Shown: piece after piece, positions 1-8,426 of the stretch
How positions within the stretch are numbered: the first letter of the stretch is position 1
Layout: every line of letters begins with the position of its first letter
The notes under the pieces: generated by a model
Database searches by the model: none
What the model saw: only the letters and a program-made list of their open reading frames with translations
What the model was told of the DNA's origin: nothing
Source: Thermoplasmata archaeon
Lineage (GTDB): Archaea > Thermoplasmatota > Thermoplasmata > Thermoplasmatales > Thermoplasmataceae
Direction of reading: 5' to 3'
Assembly (NCBI GenBank): GCA_021818765.1
Contig: JAKATM010000001.1
Location: forward strand, 1-56,067
DNA length: 56,067 nt
Position numbers and translations under genes: made by a program

Positions 1-341
1 AATGTGAACGGTCTTAGAATTAGATCAGACAATGGATCACAGCTGACATCATCAGGATACGAGAAGCATCTCAGAACATTTGGGATAAAGCATGAGACAA
101 TAGATGCACACACTCCCGTGAGGAAGACAACATTGAATCATACTTCGGAAGATTCAAGGATGACTACATCTACACAAGGGAATTCGTCAGTTTTGAAGAT
201 TTTCGAAAGTACATTGAATGGGCTGTATCCGATTACAACACAAAGAGACCGCATTCGTCATTGAATTATATGACACCGGAAGAGTTTGAATCAGCAATTG
301 CGAATGAAGATTTTAGGAAAAGCTCATTTTTTGAAAAATAA
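1..341 (+). pseudogene. C-terminal part of a DDE (rve/integrase-core) IS transposase, cut by the window edge and frameshifted
   Basis: Frame 1 (1-117) reads ..RSDNGSQLTSSGYEKHLRTFGIKHETIDAHTP. Frame 3 (120-338) continues EEDNIESYFGRFKDDYIYTREFVSFEDFRKYIEWAVSDYNTKRPHSSLNYMTPEEFESAI.. and ends at TAA 339-341. Joined, this is a typical rve core C-terminus (DNGSQ, HTPE-DN-IE-F, KRPHSSL). The frame changes at about 118-119. Confidence 0.7.
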
Positions 342-367
342 TGAAACAAAAATAACATAGTTAATAG

Positions 368-440
368 TGGGCCTGCCCGGATTTGGACCGGGGTCGCCAA
401 CTCCCGAAGCTGGTAGGATACCAAACTACCCCACAGACCC
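368..440 (-). tRNA. tRNA-Pro (anticodon CGG)
   Basis: The reverse complement folds by hand into a 73-nt cloverleaf. Acceptor stem GGGTCTG/CAGGCCC with one G-U pair. D arm with A14, GG and A21. Anticodon stem CCAGC/GTTGG with loop TTCGGGA (anticodon CGG, G37). 4-nt variable loop. T stem CCCGG/CCGGG. Discriminator A, no encoded CCA. The T loop reads TCCAAAT instead of the canonical TTCAAAT. Confidence 0.85.
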
Positions 441-460
441 AGTTTACAGGCTATTTTTAG

Positions 461-472
461 ACTGGATATAAT
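461..472 (-). promoter_or_regulatory. TATA-like box upstream of tRNA-Pro
   Basis: The minus strand reads ATTATATCCAGT, 21-32 nt upstream of the mature tRNA 5' end at 440. Position and composition fit an archaeal TATA box. Confidence 0.3.
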
Positions 473-719
473 GTTTTCAATCTTCAATAGGCTCGATCCA
501 CTTGTTCTTTCAGAAAATAGCAAAATGACAAACCACTCCTATTTTTGAAACTGAAATAGTGTAAATAATTCTGGACACTACGCTAAGCATCGCAGAATAT
601 CAATTGAATCATGCGTACAAAAAACATATGAGTAACGCATTATGACTACCTGAAAGATGTTTGAGCCTGTCACTAAATCTATATTTCGCTGAGGAACCAA
701 CGACGCGGAGACTGGCATA

Positions 720-1268
720 ATGATGTATTCTCATTTGCTCATTAATGGGGACAAAACCGTACTGATCAATCCAGTGGCAATGCCATGGCTCGTGCATATG
801 ATCAAGATCCTCACATATCCTGTGGCTATAATAATGACAAACTACGCGCATTTAAGGGGGAGTCCAATGCTATCCAGACAACTTAATGTTTCACTATTTA
901 TTCCTGATATAGAAACGAATGATGAAGATGAAAAATTAGTAAACATGTTTCTTGACTTGCACAATATACAAGGTGCCACACGATATAACGAGTTGACGGA
1001 TCTACCGCTGGGAATTAAGGGACACTCCATCCCTGGCCGACATGAAATGCCCCTCAAGTTTGGAGATTTTATGGTAGTTGGAGATTCGGCTTATGGTTTG
1101 AATGGAAAACTGACTTTTTACCCTACTAGGATCTGGCCTGACGAAGATGGGATTAAAACAAGTGCAACTGCAGCAGCACTAACTCCGCTAATAAAGAAGA
1201 CATCAGCAGATGGGCTGCTTTCTGGGCGTATCGGAGATATCGTATCAGGGCTTCAAAATTTGCTTTAA
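720..1268 (+). CDS. Metallo-beta-lactamase-fold-like protein with a degenerate metal-binding motif
   Basis: 182 aa. ..DKTVLINP.., ..AIIMTNYAHLRG.., ..GHSIPGRHE.. and ..VVGDSAYG.. line up with the MBL-fold motifs (VLIDpG, THxHxDH, GHTpG, GD), but the HxHxDH site is not conserved (TNYAHL). I judge the overlapping minus-strand ORF 609-851 spurious. Confidence 0.4.
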   Translation: MMYSHLLINGDKTVLINPVAMPWLVHMIKILTYPVAIIMTNYAHLRGSPMLSRQLNVSLFIPDIETNDEDEKLVNMFLDLHNIQGATRYNELTDLPLGIKGHSIPGRHEMPLKFGDFMVVGDSAYGLNGKLTFYPTRIWPDEDGIKTSATAAALTPLIKKTSADGLLSGRIGDIVSGLQNLL

Positions 1269-1527
1269 GTGTTTAGTTTGTCATATGTTTTCAATACTTT
1301 ATCCGTCAGATGTGTTTTAGGTTGGAAATATGGATTGCAGGAGTAAGAATATGTTGAGATTACACATATGTTCTCTAAAATAATGAACGTTAAAGCGAGT
1401 CTAGCAAATTACCATCCGCTTTTCATGGGCGTACATTGACGTCCTTAAGAAGAGAATTGGATGTTACGAAGAACGCTTTAGATGTTTTTCATAAAGGATA
1501 TGAACCAATCACCAATTACTATCTAAT

Positions 1528-2160
1528 ATGACCCTAAATCTTGAAGATTACCTCCTTGTTATGTGGGAATTCAGGGAGTCATTCACGAAAGTCAGTGAAG
1601 TTGACATATCGAAGAGGCTCAAGATAAGTGCACCCACTGTAACCGAATACATCAGCAAGATGGAGCAGATGGGGTTGGTCAAGAGGGCTTCCAGAGAAGT
1701 AACATTTACAACATCAGGTGTAAAGTTTACTGTACCTATCGTCAGGGCACATCGCATTGCGGAAGTTTTCGCCCAGAAGATACTTGAGGTCCCTTGGGAG
1801 GAAGCCCATAAGGCTGTTATGGATCTGGAACACCTTTTCTCAGGTTCATATGGCGATAACCTCTTCAAGCACCTCGGATACCCGGAAACATGTCCGCATG
1901 GTAATCCAACCGCAGTCACTACGAAAGATAACTCCACGAATCCCATGCTCCTTGACGAGGGCACATACGTGTTCGGAAAGGTTGTTTTTGAGGACTACGA
2001 CATGCTCAGAAAGCTTTCTTCCGTCTCCATCCTACCAGGAACATTGGTTAAGCTTACAAAGGACCCTGAATGCAGGATCGAGTCACCCAACGGGGAGATT
2101 ACGCTGAACGACAGGGAATCCATGATGGTTCGGCTGAGAAAGCAAAAAACCAGGAAATAA
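1528..2160 (+). CDS. DtxR/MntR-family metal-dependent transcriptional repressor with C-terminal FeoA (SH3-like) domain
   Basis: 210 aa. N-terminal wHTH (ISKRLKISAPTVTEYISKMEQMGLV), DtxR-type dimerisation/metal-site region (RAHRIAEVF..VPWEEAH..DLEH..CPHG) and a FeoA-like tail (GTYVFGKV..LPGTLVKL). Confidence 0.85.
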   Translation: MTLNLEDYLLVMWEFRESFTKVSEVDISKRLKISAPTVTEYISKMEQMGLVKRASREVTFTTSGVKFTVPIVRAHRIAEVFAQKILEVPWEEAHKAVMDLEHLFSGSYGDNLFKHLGYPETCPHGNPTAVTTKDNSTNPMLLDEGTYVFGKVVFEDYDMLRKLSSVSILPGTLVKLTKDPECRIESPNGEITLNDRESMMVRLRKQKTRK

Positions 2161-2204
2161 GCAGAAGGCGGCAGATTTGCGCCTTAAGCCTGAAATATTT
2201 CCGG

Positions 2205-3215
2205 CTAAAGCTCCCTGCCTGCTCTCTGCTGATCCTCAGCCCTCTGGTCATATGGATACGTTACATCAAGCCTGCTTGCCAGGTTAATGTCATCAACCTG
2301 CTTAGCATTAAGGAACCATCCTGTTGCTCCAATATTGTCAGATAGCTGATCCAGGTTCCTGACGCCGATGATAGGTGCAGTGACTGCAGGATTCGATATG
2401 ACCCAGTTGAGTGCCACCTGCGCCATGGTCCTTCCTGTCTCCTTTGCTATCTCCTCTAGCTTCGCGATTACATTCTTCGTCCTCTCGTTTTCGTATCTCT
2501 TGTAATAATCTGGAGAGGAGGAATCGCCTACCCTGGTTCCTTTCGGAGCTGTTGACATTGAATCCTTGTATTTTCCCGTCAATATGCCGCCGGCAAGCGG
2601 GCTCCATGGAATTACGGCAATGTTTTCCGCCAGTGCCATGGGCAGCAGCTCGAACTCCGTCGCCCTTACAAGTATGTTGTAGTGAGGCTGCAGGCTTACG
2701 GGCTCATGCCATCCTCTCTGCCTGCATAGCTGCAGGGCTTTCTCGAACTGCCATGCCCGGAAGTTGCTTATCCCAACATATCGCACTATGCCATCCTCAA
2801 CCATCCTGTTCAGGGTCGAAAACGTCTCTTCGAGCGGAGTCAGCGGATCCCATGCATGAAGCTGCAGAAGATCAACATAGTCGGTCTTGAGCCTGGTCAG
2901 GCTTTCCCTGATTGCCCGGTATAGATGCTTTCGAGACAGCCCAACGCCGTTCGCATGATCGGATGTCTTGAATCGTGCCTTGGTAGCAACAAAGACGCTT
3001 TCCCTGTCCCTGCCAGCGAGCCATGTACCAATGATTTCCTCTGATTTCCCTGATGAATATACATTCGCTGTATCAATAAAGTTCCCACCATTATCTGAAA
3101 AGTGTGACAGTATCTTATGGCTCATCTCCTCGTCAGCCTGCCATCCAAAAGTCATGGTCCCAAGGCAAAGCTCGCTCACGACTGCTCCCGTTTTACCAAA
3201 TTTTTTCATTCTCAT
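2205..3215 (-). CDS. Aldo/keto reductase family oxidoreductase
   Basis: 336 aa. KKFGKTGAVVSELCLGTMTFG, GGNFIDTANVYSSGKSEEIIG and DLLQLHAWD are classic AKR signatures. Confidence 0.9.
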   Translation of the reverse strand: MRMKKFGKTGAVVSELCLGTMTFGWQADEEMSHKILSHFSDNGGNFIDTANVYSSGKSEEIIGTWLAGRDRESVFVATKARFKTSDHANGVGLSRKHLYRAIRESLTRLKTDYVDLLQLHAWDPLTPLEETFSTLNRMVEDGIVRYVGISNFRAWQFEKALQLCRQRGWHEPVSLQPHYNILVRATEFELLPMALAENIAVIPWSPLAGGILTGKYKDSMSTAPKGTRVGDSSSPDYYKRYENERTKNVIAKLEEIAKETGRTMAQVALNWVISNPAVTAPIIGVRNLDQLSDNIGATGWFLNAKQVDDINLASRLDVTYPYDQRAEDQQRAGREL

Positions 3216-3346
3216 AAGGTCAGATCGCTTCTTTCGTTATACCTTTATCGTCCATAAAAGAGCATGGGGATTGCATTTTCAGTAGCCATTACAATATGAG
3301 CACATGGCTGCAATATCTTAATTTGCACTCTAAAGATTAACATCGC

Positions 3347-4837
3347 ATGATCAAGCTTGACGGGATTTCCCTGACTGTTGAAGACGTGGTTAGAGTGGCG
3401 ATTAACAACGAAAAAGTAGAGCTCTCTGAATCTGGTAAGGAGAACGTAATAAGGTCCAGGAAAAATCTCGAAAAGCTTGTTTCCTCTGGAAAGACTATAT
3501 ACGGGATCAACACAGGATTCGGGAATCTTATGGACATAAAGATCCATGACGAGGACCTGTTGAAGCTCCAGGAGAACCTCATAAGGAGCCACTCATCCGG
3601 AGTGGGCGATCCGCTGCCCATTGAAGAAGTGCGGGCAATGATGCTTATTCGCGCAAATAGCCTGGTAAAGGGTTTTTCAGGCGTAACTTTGGATTTGATT
3701 GACTCTATTCTTGCATTCCTCAATACAGGGATAACGCCGGTTGTTCCACGCTACGGATCGGTAGGGGCATCAGGTGATCTTGCTCCGCTTGCGCACATTG
3801 CCTTGTGCATCATGGGTGAGTCGAATGTTTACTACAAAGGCGAAAGAATGGGCACGGAGAAGGCAATGAAGATAACTGGAATCAAGCCACATACATTCAG
3901 GGAGAAGGAGGGTGTAGCATTCATAAACGGCACCTCCTCGATTTCAGGACTTCTTGCTTTATCAATACATGATTCGAGGAGGGTTCTGAATGCCTCCCTG
4001 GCTGCATCCTCGATATCCCTCCAGGCGCTGAAGGGCACCGACAAGGCATTCACGGAATGGGTCATTGCCACAAGATCACATAATGGGCAGTCGGCCGTCG
4101 CCTCTTCAATGCGTAAGCTCCTTTCCGGCTATGTTGGCAATGCAGCCAGGGTCCAGGACGCATATTCACTGAGATGCATACCGCAGGTATACGGTGCAGT
4201 GCTTGATACAATTAACTATGCGGAGAAGGTCCTGACAACAGAGATAAATTCTGTTACTGATAATCCGATCCTGAATGAGGAAGAAGCAGTTTCGGCAGGC
4301 AATTTCCATGGTGAGCCGGTTGCGCTTGTGGCAGATTTCCTTGCAATAGCCATGACAGATCTGGGAAACATGATGGAACGGAGAATATTCAGGCTGACCA
4401 CCAGTTATCTAAGCGGACTGCCTCCCTTTCTGACGAAGGAGAGCGGATTGAATTCCGGTTTCATGATACCGCAATACACTGCAGCCGCTTTATGCAACAT
4501 GAACAAGGTTCTTTCCCACCCAGCGTCATCCGATACGATACCGACATCGGCAGATCAGGAAGATCATGTAAGCATGGGTATGAACGGATCCCTCAAGCTC
4601 CGGGATGTCATAAAGAATGTCCGCTACATTGCGGCAATAGAGATGCTGACTGCATGTCAAGCAATTGATTTTTCGGTCTCGAATATATCGGCAATGGCAA
4701 AGAAATTGATTTCAATGATCAGGAAGCACGTATCGCACGCAGAAGTCGACAGGCCGCATGGCCCGGACATCGAAAGGATCAATGCACTCATCCAGACAGA
4801 AGAGTTCTTATCAATGCTTGCGAAAATAATGACCTGA
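3347..4837 (+). CDS. hutH: Histidine ammonia-lyase
   Basis: 496 aa. Aromatic amino acid ammonia-lyase family with the MIO-forming GASGDLAPLAH motif. Length and N-terminus fit HutH rather than PAL/TAL. Confidence 0.85.
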   Translation: MIKLDGISLTVEDVVRVAINNEKVELSESGKENVIRSRKNLEKLVSSGKTIYGINTGFGNLMDIKIHDEDLLKLQENLIRSHSSGVGDPLPIEEVRAMMLIRANSLVKGFSGVTLDLIDSILAFLNTGITPVVPRYGSVGASGDLAPLAHIALCIMGESNVYYKGERMGTEKAMKITGIKPHTFREKEGVAFINGTSSISGLLALSIHDSRRVLNASLAASSISLQALKGTDKAFTEWVIATRSHNGQSAVASSMRKLLSGYVGNAARVQDAYSLRCIPQVYGAVLDTINYAEKVLTTEINSVTDNPILNEEEAVSAGNFHGEPVALVADFLAIAMTDLGNMMERRIFRLTTSYLSGLPPFLTKESGLNSGFMIPQYTAAALCNMNKVLSHPASSDTIPTSADQEDHVSMGMNGSLKLRDVIKNVRYIAAIEMLTACQAIDFSVSNISAMAKKLISMIRKHVSHAEVDRPHGPDIERINALIQTEEFLSMLAKIMT

Positions 4838-5056
4838 GACAAATCTCTCTTGTGGGATGAAACGTGCAGTCAGCGAGATGAGACAGTTTATTCCTCTGAG
4901 GTAAAGGATCAGTTTTAAGACTTGTAATTGCTTGTCGTCATGGTGAGAAGACTTTACCATTTCCTGGTCCCTTTTTGATAGTGTTCATGATCTGATAAAT
5001 GTAAAGGCACTTTGAGAAATTTGGTTGAAAAATAAGTTCTAAGGGTAAAAGAGAAA

Positions 5057-6247
5057 TTATAGAAGATTAGATTCCTCTTCCATGATTGTCTTCATCTGCG
5101 ATTTCATCTGCCCGGATCCGAGGTCAGCCTCAAAGACTAGGTAGTTCTGCTTCATTCCAATGGCAAAGGTTATGTTGGGCCCGTTGGGACCAGATATATT
5201 CAATTCAAAGAATTTCAAACCGTTGTACGTTTGATTCTCTATGTAAAGACCATCTGGGTTACCCTTTAGAGATTGGTTTAGTAAAGCCGTTATATTCATA
5301 TAAGCCTGTGATACGACTGAGGATGAAGCTGCTTGAAGGTATCCTAGTGCAAAGGTCACGTTCTGGCTAGAGGATGAAAAGGTCTCCAAAGCGAATCCAG
5401 ATACTGCAGTTCCATTGTTTGTAATATTGAAAACAGGACCATAGGTGCTCCTCTCTGAATTGAATGTGCTGGTGTTCTTGGCATTTTTCAGTGCGAGGTT
5501 AGGATTTATGATGTTCACGCTTATATTGAAATCGGAAATGTATGAAGTTCCAAGAACAGATGTTACGTTTGACGTGCCAACCAGTTTTTCTGCCTGAACG
5601 AAGTTTAACTTGTATGCATTAAGTATTGAGATTTCGGTTGAAACCATTCCAGTGAATGCGGCCATAGTTCTATTTCTCAACCCGTGGTAGAATCCAAGTA
5701 TAAGGTAATTGGAGTATACCGCGTAGATGGCCGCAGAGTAATTTTGGTCGGTCTTGTTGAATCCGTAGACGAAGAAAGATCCTGAAACCTCACCAATTGT
5801 AACATTCCTTAGATGGTCGTTGGAGATATTGCTAAAAATTGTTGAATTGGTCAGGTTGGCATAATTTGTGGATGAAAATGCCGCATATCCGAATACCAGA
5901 TCACTATCATTCATCGTTGCAAAAAGAACAGCTTGCGCATAACTTACATGAATGTAAGAAGCATTTACGGGCAAGCCAGATGACGTTGATCCGGAGAGAG
6001 AATTGGCCGCGCTTCCAAGGTCTGAAAGGTTTGTGACTCCAGCGGTTAGGTTCATAACCTCATACCAGCCGCCAGTCATTGAGGTATTCACTTCAGATGT
6101 TGCCAGTACGCGCATGCCGGGGGAAGTATCCGGCAAAGCGGATGAGCTTTTTAATGACAGTATCTGCGGGTCTTTCACTGCTATGAATCCCACAGCGGCA
6201 ATCACGACTACGATTACCACGACTAAAACTACTATTGATGACTTCAC
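5057..6247 (-). CDS. Membrane-anchored extracellular protein, extremely rich in N-glycosylation sequons
   Basis: 396 aa. N-terminal hydrophobic anchor or signal (KSSIVVLVVVIVVVIAAVGFIAV) followed by an S/T/N-rich, beta-rich ectodomain. I count more than 20 N-x-S/T sequons by eye (NTS, NLT, NLS, NAS, NDS, NST, NIS, NVT, NKT, NYS, NRT, NIT, NGT, NQS, NQT and others). Confidence 0.6.
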   Translation of the reverse strand: MKSSIVVLVVVIVVVIAAVGFIAVKDPQILSLKSSSALPDTSPGMRVLATSEVNTSMTGGWYEVMNLTAGVTNLSDLGSAANSLSGSTSSGLPVNASYIHVSYAQAVLFATMNDSDLVFGYAAFSSTNYANLTNSTIFSNISNDHLRNVTIGEVSGSFFVYGFNKTDQNYSAAIYAVYSNYLILGFYHGLRNRTMAAFTGMVSTEISILNAYKLNFVQAEKLVGTSNVTSVLGTSYISDFNISVNIINPNLALKNAKNTSTFNSERSTYGPVFNITNNGTAVSGFALETFSSSSQNVTFALGYLQAASSSVVSQAYMNITALLNQSLKGNPDGLYIENQTYNGLKFFELNISGPNGPNITFAIGMKQNYLVFEADLGSGQMKSQMKTIMEEESNLL

Positions 6248-6381
6248 ATGGTCAAATGTATCCTGTTATATATACACTTTACAGTTGTCTCGAGTGCAAG
6301 AGATTCTTGAATACAGGGTTATTTCCGATACACACAATTTCGAGCGGATCCAATATTTTGACGGCTATACCGATGCCAAGC

Positions 6382-6392
6382 TTAAAAATATA
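6382..6392 (+). promoter_or_regulatory. TATA-like box for the small ORF at 6413
   Basis: TTAAAAATATA is centred about 26 nt upstream of ATG 6413. This spacing fits a leaderless archaeal transcript. Confidence 0.35.
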
Positions 6393-6412
6393 GAATGTAA
6401 CATTGTTGAAAT

Positions 6413-6538
6413 ATGAGAAAGAAGGTTGCAGAGAAGCTTGTGGATATCAAGATGGAAGAATACGAGGTCATAGTGAAGACTGCCATGAAGCACCCCACTT
6501 CTGCAAAAGTACTGGTTCCAAAACACTGGATCGGATAG
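6413..6538 (+). CDS. Small ORF (41 aa) with an AbrB/DUF2080-like VPKxWIG motif, ending at an in-frame TAG
   Basis: Not in the ORF track because it is under 60 aa. ATG 6413 gives MRKKVAEKLVDIKMEEYEVIVKTAMKHPTSAKVLVPKHWIG, then TAG at 6536-6538. The same frame stays open for 23 more codons (NIGAGRIEPENQGEEKIDLWITG) to TAG 6608-6610. A TATA-like box lies at about -26. Confidence 0.4.
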   Translation: MRKKVAEKLVDIKMEEYEVIVKTAMKHPTSAKVLVPKHWIG

Positions 6539-6830
6539 AATATTGGGGCTGGCAGGATCGAGCCAGAGAATCAAGGGGAAGAAAAGATCGATTTGTGGAT
6601 TACCGGATAGATTACTACCATCCAAAGAGAGATCTCAGTACAGGTAAATCCTTTCCCCAGTAATGAAATTCCCAGCCTCATACCAATGATGATTTCGCGG
6701 AGATTTGTTACCAAGCAACATCGATGCCCGGATTCGAATGCACTTTATTTGTGCAGGTTTAGCATGCTTGTCGCATGGCATAAAACATTATGCAGGATTA
6801 ACCTGATTAGCTAGCTGCACATTTACGATC

Positions 6831-7418
6831 ATGGATATCCGAAAAGCGAGAACCGTAATGCTTTATTTCGGCATATTTGCAATGATTTCTGCCGCGGCCT
6901 GGATCTCAACGGCAATTGCCATAAACCCTTCATTCGATTTCTACACGGGTGCACTGAGCCAGCTGGGCTCCCCAGGGGCAAACAGTCCTTGGGTGTACAA
7001 TGTGGGCTTAATGTTCACTTCTGTTTTACTGTTTGTTTTTGCATGCTCCCTTCTTCTCCATTCGAAGAACAGGGTTGAGTCAGCCGGTAGCTCGTTCCTT
7101 ATGATCTCATCACTTTTCCTTGCCCTTATTGGAATATATCATGGCGGTACATATCCTCATGATTTTGTATCGCTCTGGTTCTTCATACTGGGAGATATTT
7201 CTATAATAACATGGGGTATAGGTCTCATTATCGATGACAGGAAGTGGGCTGTCTATGTCCTTGTCCTTGCTCTCCTAGCATCTTCCTTGGGTTTTGGACT
7301 TCCATGGCCTTCTAGCGCCGAGCTCGAAACGTTCGGAACCGCTGCGATAGGGTTGTGGGCAGTACTAATGATCCTGCATTTGAGAAAAAGTACAAACCAG
7401 GCAGTGCAGGTAAACTAA
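6831..7418 (+). CDS. Polytopic membrane protein, DUF998-like
   Basis: 195 aa with about 6 predicted TM helices. The motif ..GALSQLGSPGANSPW.. after TM1 resembles the conserved S-x-LG of DUF998 proteins. This assignment is from memory. Confidence 0.5.
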   Translation: MDIRKARTVMLYFGIFAMISAAAWISTAIAINPSFDFYTGALSQLGSPGANSPWVYNVGLMFTSVLLFVFACSLLLHSKNRVESAGSSFLMISSLFLALIGIYHGGTYPHDFVSLWFFILGDISIITWGIGLIIDDRKWAVYVLVLALLASSLGFGLPWPSSAELETFGTAAIGLWAVLMILHLRKSTNQAVQVN

Positions 7419-7915
7419 TTCCAATATATCCTGAACGGGAGGAAAGTGAAATTGGGCTGTCTTGAAAGGGCGTTCAAGGAGATAATGTGGAACCAAGGTT
7501 ATAGCTAGTTTACTTTAAAAGTAAGGGAATCAGAGAGTGATAAATGAATGGATGAGTTCAGAGTTTATGTGTGCAAATTTTTTGTGATTTCGAAAGGATT
7601 CTGCCTGATCTCGATCAACTTTCTCCTTAAGGTGCACCCTACCTGCCATCTACCCCTCAGCCATTTCCATAAGGGTGGAACACCGGTTCCTGAGTGGTGT
7701 TTGCTCAGAATAGGACGATCTCACCCTCTCTTCCCTTTCCCTGGTCTCCGCTTTTGTTAAAAATTAAATATAAACGGGCAAATTATAAATATCTTCAACC
7801 TGTGAAGGTTCATATGATGCGCAGGAGCAATAGGATGATCATGTTCGCCGTTGTTATGGGCAGAATAACTGGGCATACTTTGCGGAGAATCCTGTTTGCT
7901 TAGGAGATTGAAAAA

Positions 7916-8350
7916 TTGTCTCAAGATAACAATAAAAAATCTATTTGGTTTACTCCGTTGAATAAACAACAAACATATCTACTGCTCGCAATTATAAGCG
8001 TTCCATTTACTATTATCATCATATACCTTCAGTATTTGTCGCTTTACATCCAGGACCCTCTTTTGGCCCGTCTTATCCAGATATACCCGTATACCCCACC
8101 ATCATTCTATGGATATTTCCTGCCTTTCATAGGTGTCATGCTTGTAATGATGTCTTTGCCCATTATCATTTATTTGAGAAAAAAGGGAAGAATATTAACA
8201 AGCATAATAATGATAATCGGTGCATTTTCCACCTTTTTCTTTTATCACTATAATGTACTGGGCTTCCTCTTCTACACAGCTTATGGTGCTCTTGTCTTAT
8301 ACAAGGAAAAACCCAATACGCATGATTTGCAAATGGAGCCATCGGGGTAA
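7916..8350 (+). CDS. Hypothetical membrane protein
   Basis: 144 aa with a TTG start, about 4 hydrophobic helices and an AT-rich sequence. No recognisable motif. Confidence 0.4.
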   Translation: MSQDNNKKSIWFTPLNKQQTYLLLAIISVPFTIIIIYLQYLSLYIQDPLLARLIQIYPYTPPSFYGYFLPFIGVMLVMMSLPIIIYLRKKGRILTSIIMIIGAFSTFFFYHYNVLGFLFYTAYGALVLYKEKPNTHDLQMEPSG

Positions 8351-8395
8351 ATTCTCTTAGTGGACAAAACAAAAATTCCTTTCACTCCTTCAAAT

Positions 8396-8408
8396 AAATA
8401 TATATAAT
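8396..8408 (+). promoter_or_regulatory. TATA box of thrS
   Basis: AAATATATATAAT is centred about 25 nt upstream of ATG 8427, which implies a leaderless or near-leaderless mRNA. Confidence 0.4.
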
Positions 8409-8426
8409 GAAGGATATTGCACCGTT

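Noticed and set aside
266-523. 85-aa minus-strand ORF from the track
   Set aside because: It runs straight through the tRNA-Pro gene (368-440) and has no coding features. It is an artefact of the tRNA region.
609-851. 80-aa His/Cys-rich minus-strand ORF
   Set aside because: It overlaps the N-terminus of the + strand MBL-like ORF, whose sequence has recognisable fold motifs. No start context or motif supports the minus-strand ORF.
1317-1335. TTAGGTT half-site resembling a DtxR/IdeR operator, upstream of the DtxR-family gene
   Set aside because: Only one half-site matches. The expected inverted partner is absent (..GGAAATATGGA), so there is no palindromic operator.
7439-7478. GAGGAAAG followed by a hairpin, reminiscent of RNase P RNA conserved region I
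   Set aside because: The motif continues TGAAATT instead of UCC. No other RNase P conserved regions (for example ACAGAA or the AGGGUGAAA-type motifs) are present, and the surrounding sequence is too AT-rich and unstructured.
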